Assembly (NCBI RefSeq): GCF_000283555.1
Contig: NC_016012.1
Location: forward strand, 720,001 to 752,000
DNA length: 32,000 nucleotides
Source of the DNA: Candidatus Arthromitus sp. SFB-rat-Yit
Lineage (GTDB): Bacteria > Bacillota > Clostridia > Clostridiales > Clostridiaceae
Direction of reading: 5' to 3'
A model generated the notes under the pieces. The model made no database searches and was not told the DNA's origin. It saw only the letters and a list, made by a program, of their open reading frames with translations. Of this stretch, positions 10,622 through 19,996 are shown one piece after another. A program made the translations under genes and the position numbers. How positions within the stretch are numbered: the stretch's first letter is position 1; each line of letters starts with the position of its first letter.

Positions 10622-12451
10622 TTAAGTCCTTTTAAACATTTTTTCAATTTCGTTTAATGAAAATTTTATTATTATTGGACGTCCATGCGGACAAGTAAAT
10701 GGATTTTCTAATTTCATAAGCTTTGATATCAGAACTTTTATATCTTCATCATTAAGTTTACAATTTGCTTTAATTGCACTCTTGCATGCTTTTTTCGCAA
10801 TTAAATCATATTTAACTTCAGCAAGAGTTCCTGATCCAAAATTATCAATGTTCTGGATTATATCTAAAATTAAAGATTTAGCATCACAATCTTTAAATTC
10901 AAACGGAACTTCTCTAACTACTATTGAATTTTCTCCAAAGGTTTCCATTGTGAAACCGCAATTTTCAAAGTAATGTTTGTTATTTTCATATACGGAATAT
11001 GAAAATTCATTTAAATGTATTATAGAAGGAATTATTACCTGTCTTGAAATTTTTCCATTATTAAGTTTAGTTGTAAATTCTTCAAATAAAATTTTTTCGT
11101 GAGCGACATGTTGATCAACTATGTAAAAATTATCATACCACTCACCTATTATGTAAGTTTTATTATACTGTCCTATTATTCTAAAATCTGAATTTTGTGC
11201 ATTATTCAAAATTTCAAATTTTAAGTTTTCTTTAAGTTCTTCAAAATGATTTTTACCAAATTCTTCGTTGCTTACTAGGTCGTAAGGTAATGTTTCTGTA
11301 TCGTCATTTTTATTATTACTATTTAGGTTGTTATGTTTATTTATCAATTCTTGTAACTCTGCTTTTGAAAATGGTGACGGTTCTGTTCTGGATAAATTAA
11401 ACAATTTATCGTTTGGCGAAGTAATGCTGGTCATATCATTTTTCTTTACTAAAGTAGAATTTGATAAACAATCGTTCAATTTATTTATGCAGGTTTTATA
11501 TAAAAAGTTATATACCATTCTTTCATCTTGAAATTTGATCTCGGCTTTGGTTGGATGTATGTTAACATCTATATCATTTGGATCAACATCCAAAAATGCA
11601 ATGAAGAATGGATATTTATTTATTGTCAAGTAATTTCTGTAAGCATTCTCTATAGATAAAATCAAATTTCTATTTTTAACTATTCTATTATTTACAAATA
11701 GATATTGATTGTTTCTTGAACTCTTACAAAAGTTAATATCTCCAAGATATCCAAAAATATACACTTTTTCACATTTATTTTCTACAAAAAATAAATTATT
11801 TAGTGTATCTAAACCAAAAATATCAATTATTGCATCTCTCAGGCTTGTTCCATTTGTCTTAAAGATCAATTTACCATTTGATATATACTCAAAGCATATT
11901 TCAAAATTTGATAAAGCAAGTCTAATTATAACATCTCTAATTATCGCAGTTTCACGACTTTCACTTTTTAAAAATTTAAGTCTTGCAGGAGTGTTGAAGA
12001 AGATATCTCTAACAATTATTTCTGTACCGATGTTACACGAACATTCTTCTTTATTAATAATTGTTCCTCCATGGATATCTATACCCATACCATATTCAAA
12101 TTCTTTGCTTCTTGATTTTAGTGATACTTTTGAAACTGATGCAATGCTTGGAAGTGCTTCTCCACGGAAACCAAATGAAGTTATATTAAATAAATCATCT
12201 TCTGATGAAATTTTACTTGTAGCGTGTGGTAAAAATATTTTTTCAATATCATCTCTATGAATACCTTCACCATCATCTATAACTTCTATACACTCCTTTC
12301 CTCCACCAGTAATTTTAATTGTGATATTTTTAGCTTTAGCATCTACGCTATTTTCAACCAACTCTTTAACTATAGCAGCAGGTTTTTCAACAACCTCACC
12401 TGCTGCAATTTTATTTGTAATTGAACTATCTAAAATATTTACTCTACTCAT
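10622..12451 (-). CDS. mutL: DNA mismatch repair protein MutL
   Basis: ILDSSITNKIAAGEVVEKPAAIVKELVENSVDA, DDGEGI, GFRGEALPSIASVSKV, C-terminal ACKSAIKANCKL and CPHGRPIIIKF. ORF track extends to 12484 (overlapping mutS); the ATG at 12451 (MSRVNILDS) is the more likely start. Confidence 0.95.
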   Translation of the reverse strand: MSRVNILDSSITNKIAAGEVVEKPAAIVKELVENSVDAKAKNITIKITGGGKECIEVIDDGEGIHRDDIEKIFLPHATSKISSEDDLFNITSFGFRGEALPSIASVSKVSLKSRSKEFEYGMGIDIHGGTIINKEECSCNIGTEIIVRDIFFNTPARLKFLKSESRETAIIRDVIIRLALSNFEICFEYISNGKLIFKTNGTSLRDAIIDIFGLDTLNNLFFVENKCEKVYIFGYLGDINFCKSSRNNQYLFVNNRIVKNRNLILSIENAYRNYLTINKYPFFIAFLDVDPNDIDVNIHPTKAEIKFQDERMVYNFLYKTCINKLNDCLSNSTLVKKNDMTSITSPNDKLFNLSRTEPSPFSKAELQELINKHNNLNSNNKNDDTETLPYDLVSNEEFGKNHFEELKENLKFEILNNAQNSDFRIIGQYNKTYIIGEWYDNFYIVDQHVAHEKILFEEFTTKLNNGKISRQVIIPSIIHLNEFSYSVYENNKHYFENCGFTMETFGENSIVVREVPFEFKDCDAKSLILDIIQNIDNFGSGTLAEVKYDLIAKKACKSAIKANCKLNDEDIKVLISKLMKLENPFTCPHGRPIIIKFSLNEIEKMFKRT

Positions 12452-12461
12452 AATTACATCT

Positions 12462-15023
12462 CTATAAATTTTTACTGTTTTCAACTAGCTCATTTAATTT
12501 TGTAAGGGCATCCATCGGAGTTATGTTTAATATATCGATAGATTTTATTTTTTTGATAAATTCTTGTGTTTCGTCAATTTCTTCAACGATAATTTCTTCT
12601 TGTGAGTTTTGGTATTCAATTATATCTTTGCAGTCTATTTGTTTTTCGAGAGTTTTCATAACATTTTTCGCTACATCTATAATGTATTGATTTATGCCTG
12701 CAAGTTTTGCAACTTCGATTCCGTATGAATCATCAACAGCCCCTTTTGATACTTTTCTTGAAAAAATTAGATTATCGCCAATTTTTTTTGCAGATACACT
12801 ATAATTTTTTACATTAGGTATAATTTCTTCGATTCGTGTAAGCTCATGATAATGAGTTGCAAATAGTGTTTTAGGTCTAACTTTACTAATAGATGTTAAA
12901 TATTCTATTATGGCATAAGCGATGCTAAGTCCATCGTACGTGCTTGTCCCACGCCCAACCTCATCAAGTATTATCAAACTATTTTGCGTAAAATTATCCA
13001 TTATGTGAGCAACTTCTTTCATTTCAACCATGAATGTGCTTCTCCCAGTTGATAAATCATCTGATGCTCCGATTCTTGTGAAAATTTTATCGCATATGGA
13101 TATTTGAGCTTTTTTCGCAGGAACAAAGCTTCCTATTTGAGTCATGATTACAATAAGTGCTACTTGCCTCATAAACGTTGATTTACCAGCCATGTTTGGA
13201 CCTGTTATAATATGTAGTTGCTCCTCAAAATTATTAAGATATACATCATTAGGAACATAATTAAATTTATTTAAGAGTTTTTCAACAACAGGATGTCGTG
13301 CTTCATGAATATCAATTACTCCATCTTCAGTTATTTTTGGCTTAACATACTTGTTTTTTATAGCAACTACTGCAAGCGAAAATAAACAGTCGATAGTTGC
13401 GATATGCCTTGATACTTCTTTCATTCTAACAACATTTTTTTCTACCTTATCTCTGATATCTAAGAACACTTTATATTCTAAGTCATTTAATTTTTCTTCA
13501 GCGGATATGATTTTCTCTTCAAGGTCTTTAAGCTCTTCTGTTATATATCTTTCAGAATTAGCTAGAGTTTGTTTTCTTATATAGCGATTTTCTGGAACTA
13601 AATCATAATTTGATTTACTTACTTCTATATAGTATCCAAAAATTCTGTTATATCCTATCTTCAATGATCTAATGCCTGTAGTTTCTTTTTCCTTGTTTTC
13701 AATATTTAAAAGACATTCTTTGGAATTAAATTTTATATTTTTAAGTTCATCAATTTCAATATTATAATTTTCTTTTATGATCGAGCCATCCTTTATAGCT
13801 ATACCAGCATCATCTGAGATCGAATCTTCTATAAGATCATAAATATCATCAAGCACATCAAAATGATTGTATATATCTTTAAATAGCGAAGCGTTAAATT
13901 GAATTAAAATTCTTTTGATCTCTGGCAATAGTTTAAGACACTTCTTCAATGAAAGTAATTCTTTTGGGTTAATCGTCATCAAAGAAATTTTTGATATTAA
14001 TCTATCTATGTCTGTTATTTCGGATAATAAATTTTTTAAATTTGCGTGAAGGTTATATTTTTCAATTAATTCTTCTACGCAATTTTGCCTTCTTATTATT
14101 TTTCCGATCTTAAGAAGAGGCTTTTCAATCCATCGTTTTAAAAGTCTTGATCCCATAGAAGTATTTGTGTTGTTTAAAACCCAAAATAAACTCGATTTTT
14201 TTGAATTGTCATATGTATTTGTTATAAGCTCTAAATTCTTTTTAGTGTTTTTATCAATAAGAAGAAAATCATTTATGTTATAAAATTCAACTTGTTTTAT
14301 GTTTGATAAACTCATTCTCTGAGTTTCGTATATGTAATTATAAAATCCACCGATTGAATTAATTTGATGTTCGTATAAATTTTTTTCCTTATCAACATTT
14401 TTTGGAAGTTTTGCATTGGTAAAGAATGCGATGTCTTTTGTTGTAATGAGGAATTCATTTTGAAATGGTGAAAGTAGTTTATCAAAATTAAAATCCTCAT
14501 TAACAATAAGTTCCTTAGGAGAAAATTTCATTAATTCATCAATTAACAGAGAAGCATCATCTAATGATGTGCTATATACTTCACCCGTAGTTATATCTCC
14601 AAAAGTCACACCAAAAACTTCGTTATAAATATCATAAAAAACACTTCCGAGAAACACATTAAAGAAATTATCGTTTGAATTTTCATTAAAATATGTACCA
14701 GGAGTTATTATTTTAACAACATCTCGATTTACAATACCTTTAGAGGCGTTAGATTCTTCTATTTGTTCACAAATAGCAACTTTAAAACCTTTATTTATAA
14801 GTTTGTTTATGTAAGTAGGCGATGAAACATGAGGAATGCCACACATAGGGGCTTTTTCTTCAAGTCCACATTCACGCTTAGTTAAAACAAGTTCTAATTC
14901 TTTTGATGCGATTTTAGCATCTTCAAAGAACATTTCATAAAAATCACCTAGCCTAAAAAAGACTATACAATCTTTGTATTTATCTTTAATTTGTAAATAC
15001 TGACTCATCATTGGTGTTATCAT
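12462..15023 (-). CDS. mutS: DNA mismatch repair protein MutS
   Basis: LGDFYEMFFEDAKIASKELELVLTKRECG, Walker A GPNMAGKSTFMRQVALI, LDEVGRGTSTYDGLSIAYAIIEYL. Confidence 0.97.
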   Translation of the reverse strand: MITPMMSQYLQIKDKYKDCIVFFRLGDFYEMFFEDAKIASKELELVLTKRECGLEEKAPMCGIPHVSSPTYINKLINKGFKVAICEQIEESNASKGIVNRDVVKIITPGTYFNENSNDNFFNVFLGSVFYDIYNEVFGVTFGDITTGEVYSTSLDDASLLIDELMKFSPKELIVNEDFNFDKLLSPFQNEFLITTKDIAFFTNAKLPKNVDKEKNLYEHQINSIGGFYNYIYETQRMSLSNIKQVEFYNINDFLLIDKNTKKNLELITNTYDNSKKSSLFWVLNNTNTSMGSRLLKRWIEKPLLKIGKIIRRQNCVEELIEKYNLHANLKNLLSEITDIDRLISKISLMTINPKELLSLKKCLKLLPEIKRILIQFNASLFKDIYNHFDVLDDIYDLIEDSISDDAGIAIKDGSIIKENYNIEIDELKNIKFNSKECLLNIENKEKETTGIRSLKIGYNRIFGYYIEVSKSNYDLVPENRYIRKQTLANSERYITEELKDLEEKIISAEEKLNDLEYKVFLDIRDKVEKNVVRMKEVSRHIATIDCLFSLAVVAIKNKYVKPKITEDGVIDIHEARHPVVEKLLNKFNYVPNDVYLNNFEEQLHIITGPNMAGKSTFMRQVALIVIMTQIGSFVPAKKAQISICDKIFTRIGASDDLSTGRSTFMVEMKEVAHIMDNFTQNSLIILDEVGRGTSTYDGLSIAYAIIEYLTSISKVRPKTLFATHYHELTRIEEIIPNVKNYSVSAKKIGDNLIFSRKVSKGAVDDSYGIEVAKLAGINQYIIDVAKNVMKTLEKQIDCKDIIEYQNSQEEIIVEEIDETQEFIKKIKSIDILNITPMDALTKLNELVENSKNL

Positions 15024-15053
15024 AGCAAAATTTCTCCTAAGATTTTAAAATTT

Positions 15054-16397
15054 TTAGATTTGTTTTCCTTCGAGTGAGAATGATTTAGGATTTGTAATTT
15101 TCACATCTATAATTTTTCCTACACAACTTTTATCACCAACAAAATTTACAAGTTTTCCATTATCCGTTCTTCCAGTGAGTTTATTTTCATCATTTTTGGA
15201 ATTTCCTTCAACAAGAACTTTAACGATTTTATTTTCATAAGTTTTGTTTATTTCAGCACATATTTGGTTAACTGTATCAACGAGCCTGTTAAATCTTTCG
15301 TGCTTAACATCGTCAGGAATTTGATTAGGCATCATGTCAGCACCTGTGAATTTTCTGTTTGAATATAGGAACATGAATGCTGAATCGTATCTAACTTCAC
15401 GAACAAGATTTAGTGTTTCTTCAAAATCTTCTTCAGTTTCACCAGGGAAACCTACAATTATATCTGTAGTTATAGCGATATCTGGTATTAAATTTTTAAT
15501 CTTTTTGATTTTCTCAAGATATTCTTCTTTGTTATAGTGCCTGTTCATAACTTTTAATACTCTATTTGAACCGCTTTGAACAGGTAGATGCAATTGGTTA
15601 CACACCTTTTCGCACTCTTTCATGACATTTATTAAATCATCAGAAAAATCTCTAGGGTGCGATGTCATATACCTAATTCTTTCTATGCCTTCAACCTCAT
15701 TTACTTTTCTTAAAAGCTTAGGGAAATCTATGTCTTCATCTAAGCCCTTCCCGTAAGAGTTAACATTCTGACCTAAAAGAGTTATTTCTTTATACCCTTT
15801 TTTTGCTAGTTCTTCAATTTCATTTATTATGTCCTTTGACTTTCTAGATTTTTCACGTCCACGAACTTGAGGAACGATACAATAAGTACAGAAATTATCG
15901 CACCCATACATTATAGTTACGAAAGCTTTTAAAGAGCTTTTTCTGTCTATTTCCATTCCTTCTATAATTTCATCAGAACCGGCTTCTATTTCGAGTATTC
16001 TTTCATCATTCATTAAAACACGGTTCAAATATTCAGGGAATTTATGTAGATTATGTGTTCCAAATATTATGTCAACAAAAGGATATTTTTTAGATATTTC
16101 TTGTGGTATACCTTTTTGTTGCATCATGCAACCACACACAGCTATTATTAAATCCTTTTTATGTTTCTTGAGATTTTTTAATTGTCCCAAATTTCCATGA
16201 ACTTTTAGTTCAGCATTTTCACGAACACAACAAGTATTAAAAATTATTATGTCAGCATCGTTTCTATTTTCGCATGAGGAATATCCCATAGAGATGAGCA
16301 TTCCAGATAATTTTTCGGAATCTTCCTCATTCATTTGACAGCCCCAAGTTTCAATAAAGTACAATTTAGTTTTTTTATCGGTTTGTAAAAAATCCAA
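15054..16397 (-). CDS. miaB: tRNA-2-methylthio-N6-dimethylallyladenosine synthase MiaB
   Basis: [22 protein letters not shown], radical-SAM [26 protein letters not shown] domain. ORF track starts at 16475; a TTG at 16397 (LDFLQTDKK) with an AAAGGAGAG RBS is the likely start. Confidence 0.93.
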   Translation of the reverse strand: MDFLQTDKKTKLYFIETWGCQMNEEDSEKLSGMLISMGYSSCENRNDADIIIFNTCCVRENAELKVHGNLGQLKNLKKHKKDLIIAVCGCMMQQKGIPQEISKKYPFVDIIFGTHNLHKFPEYLNRVLMNDERILEIEAGSDEIIEGMEIDRKSSLKAFVTIMYGCDNFCTYCIVPQVRGREKSRKSKDIINEIEELAKKGYKEITLLGQNVNSYGKGLDEDIDFPKLLRKVNEVEGIERIRYMTSHPRDFSDDLINVMKECEKVCNQLHLPVQSGSNRVLKVMNRHYNKEEYLEKIKKIKNLIPDIAITTDIIVGFPGETEEDFEETLNLVREVRYDSAFMFLYSNRKFTGADMMPNQIPDDVKHERFNRLVDTVNQICAEINKTYENKIVKVLVEGNSKNDENKLTGRTDNGKLVNFVGDKSCVGKIIDVKITNPKSFSLEGKQI

Positions 16398-16489
16398 TGT
16401 TAAAACTACTCTCCTTTCATTTTTAAAATTCTTAATAATTATAACATATTTCTTATATTTTAAAATTACATTCATTAAAAGCTATTTGC

Positions 16490-17653
16490 TTATTTTCCAA
16501 TCTCTTTAAAAGTCAAAAGCTTATCTCTATAATATTCGTATTGTTTCTTCCTGGCTTCAATTTCTGCAGGAAGTCCTTCGGTTAAATCATTGCAAAGCTT
16601 GTCAAACTTATCGAGTATTGAAACTATTCTTTCTTGTTCTTCTAAGGAGGGAAGAGGAATTTCTATATCTAATAAATTACTCGGAGTTACTCTAATAACT
16701 TTTGTTCCATGTGCTAACCTACGTTTTTGCGTAAAAAACATTTCTGTATAAAAATAATAAGCTAGATAAGATGGGTTTTGATTATGTTTAATAATTACAG
16801 CATCTCCACTAATTGCAGCATCTTCATCTCCCAACCAAACTAAACACTTACATAAATCTTTAAGATTTTCGCTCGTTACTGCCATTATGATATCATTCTT
16901 CTGAGCTTTCTTTGATTTTTCAAAAATTTCTCCCTCAACAAAACTAATTGTATTTTTAACTTTCATTCCATATTTTGTATATATCTGCCCATAATGAATA
17001 CATGGAAATCCTTCATCTCTAAAATCTTTTTTCTGAAAATTTCCACCTCTAATTATCGTTGCAACATCCTTGAGTTTTACCCTCGGCACATCATCACCAA
17101 ACGTAAATAGCTTATCTCTATAATACTCATACTGTTTCTTTCTTGCTGTAAGCTCTGCTGTAAGCTCTGCTGTAAGCTCTGTAAACGAATCTAAAATATG
17201 TACAATCTCTTCTTGAACTTCTAGGGGTGGAATTGGGATCTCAAACTTCTCTATCATGGGTTTTCTTATAGATTTTACAGTTGCACTTACAGCCTTTTTC
17301 AAAATAAATTTTTTGAAAAAGACACAAAAATAATAATACACAAACTTTACATTAATTAAATTTCCAGTAAAATGTATCCTATAAACTCTTTGATGAATAG
17401 CATATTTCCCATTTATATAATGATATATCTCTCCAATCCTACCTTCTCCAGGTATAATAATTGCTTCCTCATCATACTCCCATTCATTTTTTCTTTTTAC
17501 AATTTGTGAACGTATAAAAAATGGATAATTCCCACCTTCCTCTGCTTCATTACCATTACTACTTCCAGTAGTAATCTCTGCTAAATTTTCAATTGCTTTA
17601 TACTCAACGCCATCAGGACAAAGTTTTTTTATCAATTCATCTATATTGCTCAT
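16490..17653 (-). CDS. hsdS: Type I restriction-modification specificity subunit (HsdS), two target-recognition domains
   Basis: Two TRD plus conserved-helix units ending IPPLEVQEEIVHILDSF...ARKKQYEYYRDKLFTF and IPLPSLEEQERIVSILDKF...ARKKQYEYYRDKLLTF. No hsdM/hsdR in the window. Confidence 0.9.
   Translation of the reverse strand: MSNIDELIKKLCPDGVEYKAIENLAEITTGSSNGNEAEEGGNYPFFIRSQIVKRKNEWEYDEEAIIIPGEGRIGEIYHYINGKYAIHQRVYRIHFTGNLINVKFVYYYFCVFFKKFILKKAVSATVKSIRKPMIEKFEIPIPPLEVQEEIVHILDSFTELTAELTAELTARKKQYEYYRDKLFTFGDDVPRVKLKDVATIIRGGNFQKKDFRDEGFPCIHYGQIYTKYGMKVKNTISFVEGEIFEKSKKAQKNDIIMAVTSENLKDLCKCLVWLGDEDAAISGDAVIIKHNQNPSYLAYYFYTEMFFTQKRRLAHGTKVIRVTPSNLLDIEIPLPSLEEQERIVSILDKFDKLCNDLTEGLPAEIEARKKQYEYYRDKLLTFKEIGK
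17145..17180 (-). repeat. 3 x 12-bp perfect tandem repeat in the HsdS central linker, encoding (TAEL)n
   Basis: + strand GCTGTAAGCTCT at 17145-17156, 17157-17168 and 17169-17180; translates on the minus strand as part of FTELTAELTAELTARKK. Confidence 0.95.
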
Positions 17654-17829
17654 CTATAAGATCACGTCATTTCTACATAAATTTCAAAATTTTACTATTA
17701 TATATCATTTTAATCATCAAAATTATATCATGAATTTATAAATAATTCTATTTGCTACTTTTATGAATATTCACTAATTTAGTATAATACAATTAAATGT
17801 ACTATTTATTTATTAATGGAGGATGAATT

Positions 17830-18204
17830 ATGGATCAAACAAGTGTACAACTAGATACAAGAATGAATAACGAATCATTTATAGACATGTTTTTATTAAC
17901 AAATAAAAGATTTTTACCCTCATCTAAGATGAATTTGATTAAAGAGAAATTAATGAGGGTGGACAATTATAGATTGGATAATGTTCTATCATTAGATTTT
18001 AAAGATCCAATTACAACTTTTATGTTTTCAATGTCTTTAGGTGTATTTGGAATAGATAGATTTACAATTGGAAGTGTAGGAATAGGAATATTAAAACTTT
18101 TAACATTTTGGTTTTTCGGCTTGCCATGGTTTATAGATTTATTTTTTATCCAAAACGCAACAAAAAACAAAAATTATGAAAAGTTATTAGATGTTATTGG
18201 ATAA
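17830..18204 (+). CDS. TM2-domain membrane protein
   Basis: KDPITTFMFSMSLGVFGIDRFTIGSVGIGILKLLTFWFFGLPWFIDLFFI matches the TM2 pattern (G.FG.DRFY.G....G..KL.T....G.W..IDL). Confidence 0.75.
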   Translation: MDQTSVQLDTRMNNESFIDMFLLTNKRFLPSSKMNLIKEKLMRVDNYRLDNVLSLDFKDPITTFMFSMSLGVFGIDRFTIGSVGIGILKLLTFWFFGLPWFIDLFFIQNATKNKNYEKLLDVIG

Positions 18205-18206
18205 TT

Positions 18207-18235
18207 AAAAAGGAGCAATTAAATTGCTCCTTTTT
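18207..18235. terminator. Bidirectional terminator between TM2 gene and PI-PLC-like gene
   Basis: AAAAAGGAGCAATT (18207-18220) / AATTGCTCCTTTTT (18222-18235), followed by GTTTTTTT. Confidence 0.85.
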
Positions 18236-18241
18236 GTTTTT

Positions 18242-19399
18242 TTAAGAATTTATAAAAGTAAATCCCCATCCGTCTGTATTTGAAGTAGATCCCGAAGAGC
18301 TTCCTCCACTGCTACCGCTACCACTTCCATTTGAACTAGATGAATTATTTGTCTTAAAATTAACATTTATAATTTCCTCTATAAGTCCAGCCCCTGGGAA
18401 ATTCGCAAGTATTACACCACAAAACTTAACATCGTTATCTACAATATAATCAAAAGTTAAAGTATTTGTGCCTTCAAAGGCAATAGTTGAGAAAATTCCA
18501 AGTCTATTAACTCTTGGAAAATCTGGATAATATGAATTAAATCCTGGTGTAGTAAGTCCAGTTGATAATCTATTAGCATCCGTTCCAGAACTAACATGAC
18601 CACTTGCAACAAAGTAAGGTAATGCTCCACCTTGTCCAGCTATATTATTTTCATATCTAATGCTAGGATTAGGTGAGTTAGATGTTTGATATAATTGATT
18701 TTTTACCTTTTGCCATTTTGAATATAAATCCCAATTAGTTGCAAGATAATTGTCGGCTTGTATTGAGGCATTTTCCTCATAAGGTATAGTCTTCCATCTT
18801 CTTCCCTTTGTTTCATAATCAGCAAGAAGAATTATTTGACCTCTAGCGTCACCTAGTCTAGGGTTTGTTGTTTTAGATCCATCAAATATATAATGATCTA
18901 ATTTGTCTTTTTCTAAAACTGTTTGAACTTGATAAGCAAAGTTACCTGCACTATCTCCACTCTGAGTTACTTTTAAAAGTACAGTTTCATCTCTGTGTTT
19001 ATCAAGAAACTCCCCTATTGTTTTTACAACATCTGATAAACTATGTCCCAAAGAAATACCTTCTTTGTACACTTCGAACTTATTTTGCTCTATATTTTTA
19101 ACCCAGATATCTATATATCTTATTCCAGATTCGAGTTGTGTTTTAAGATCCATACTTTGAGTTAAAGTAAAGTCGGTATGATCTCCATATGCCATAGATT
19201 GATTTGTACCTGGTATACTCAATCTATTTATTAGAATATCATCACTTAAGCCAGACATCCAATTAGGTTTACTCAAACCCACATTACTATCATGAGAATA
19301 TGAACTATGCTTATGTGCATTTGCCCTAATAGGAATTATAAGTAAACTAAAACACAATAAAAAAGATAAGAACTTCAAAAACTTTTTCAATTGTTTCAC
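18242..19399 (-). CDS. Secreted phosphatidylinositol-specific phospholipase C X-domain-like protein with Ser/Gly-rich C-terminal tail
   Basis: Signal peptide FLCF...IPIRANA; WMSGLSDDILINRLSIPGTNQSMAYG, LESGIRYIDIW, FLDKHRDETVLLKV, LGDARGQIILLADY; tail SSSSNGSGSGSSGGSSSGSTSNTDGWGFTFINS. Confidence 0.8.
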   Translation of the reverse strand: MKQLKKFLKFLSFLLCFSLLIIPIRANAHKHSSYSHDSNVGLSKPNWMSGLSDDILINRLSIPGTNQSMAYGDHTDFTLTQSMDLKTQLESGIRYIDIWVKNIEQNKFEVYKEGISLGHSLSDVVKTIGEFLDKHRDETVLLKVTQSGDSAGNFAYQVQTVLEKDKLDHYIFDGSKTTNPRLGDARGQIILLADYETKGRRWKTIPYEENASIQADNYLATNWDLYSKWQKVKNQLYQTSNSPNPSIRYENNIAGQGGALPYFVASGHVSSGTDANRLSTGLTTPGFNSYYPDFPRVNRLGIFSTIAFEGTNTLTFDYIVDNDVKFCGVILANFPGAGLIEEIINVNFKTNNSSSSNGSGSGSSGGSSSGSTSNTDGWGFTFINS

Positions 19400-19575
19400 C
19401 TCATGAAATTTACAAACTTTAGTTTAAGTTTAGATTTATTAAAATTTCGTTTATTTCCTAAGAATACTTTACCATGTATAGCAAAAAATTTAAATACTTT
19501 ATTAAAAAATAATTTATAATTTATTAACAATATGCTATTATAATCATAAAAATTAATTATTATAGGAGTTAAAGA

Positions 19576-19950
19576 ATGAATAAAAATAAACTTTTAATTA
19601 AGTTTACATCAGTTGCTTTGCTATCATCTGTTATTTCTTTAGGATTCATCGGACAGATATCTAGTGCAATGTTACGACTTCCTATGAAATTAACTAGTGG
19701 AGGGCTTTTAGGTTTATTAAAAAAGCCATTTACCTCAAGTGCTTCATCATCACCATTTGTAAGAGGTGGATATGGTAGAAATCCTGTTCGATATACAACT
19801 GAAACGGATTCAGGATATTCATTTGATAGAGGCGGTTTTGGGAGAGTAGCTGTAAGATTCCCTGATAGTAGTAGACAGAACTTACCAAAATTCAATAGGC
19901 ATAGACAATATGGTGGGGGTAATTTCCAAGTAGGTAGGGCTAATAGTTAA
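19576..19950 (+). CDS. Small secreted Gly/Arg-rich protein of unknown function
   Basis: 124 aa; ATG preceded by TAGGAG; signal peptide MNKNKLLIKFTSVALLSSVISLGFIGQISSA; internal repeat PFVRGGYGRNPVRY / SFDRGGFGRVAVRF. Confidence 0.7.
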   Translation: MNKNKLLIKFTSVALLSSVISLGFIGQISSAMLRLPMKLTSGGLLGLLKKPFTSSASSSPFVRGGYGRNPVRYTTETDSGYSFDRGGFGRVAVRFPDSSRQNLPKFNRHRQYGGGNFQVGRANS

Positions 19951-19996
19951 TTTGACATATATTATATTTTGTAATTTTTAATAAGAGGTATTAATA

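Noticed and set aside
11709-12260. Plus-strand ORF of 183 aa
   Set aside because: Antisense shadow ORF within mutL; composition mirrors the MutL codons and there is no domain signature.
13351-13584. Plus-strand ORFs inside mutS and miaB (13351-13584, 15334-15537)
   Set aside because: Antisense shadows of conserved genes with no RBS or recognisable product.
17145-17180. Short tandem repeats as a CRISPR or VNTR array
   Set aside because: Only 12-bp units with no spacers, in frame within hsdS; they are protein-coding linker repeats. No CRISPR-like repeat/spacer pattern was found elsewhere in the window.
19569-19895. Minus-strand ORF of 108 aa overlapping the first small secreted protein
   Set aside because: The plus-strand reading has a good RBS and a signal peptide; the minus-strand one has neither.
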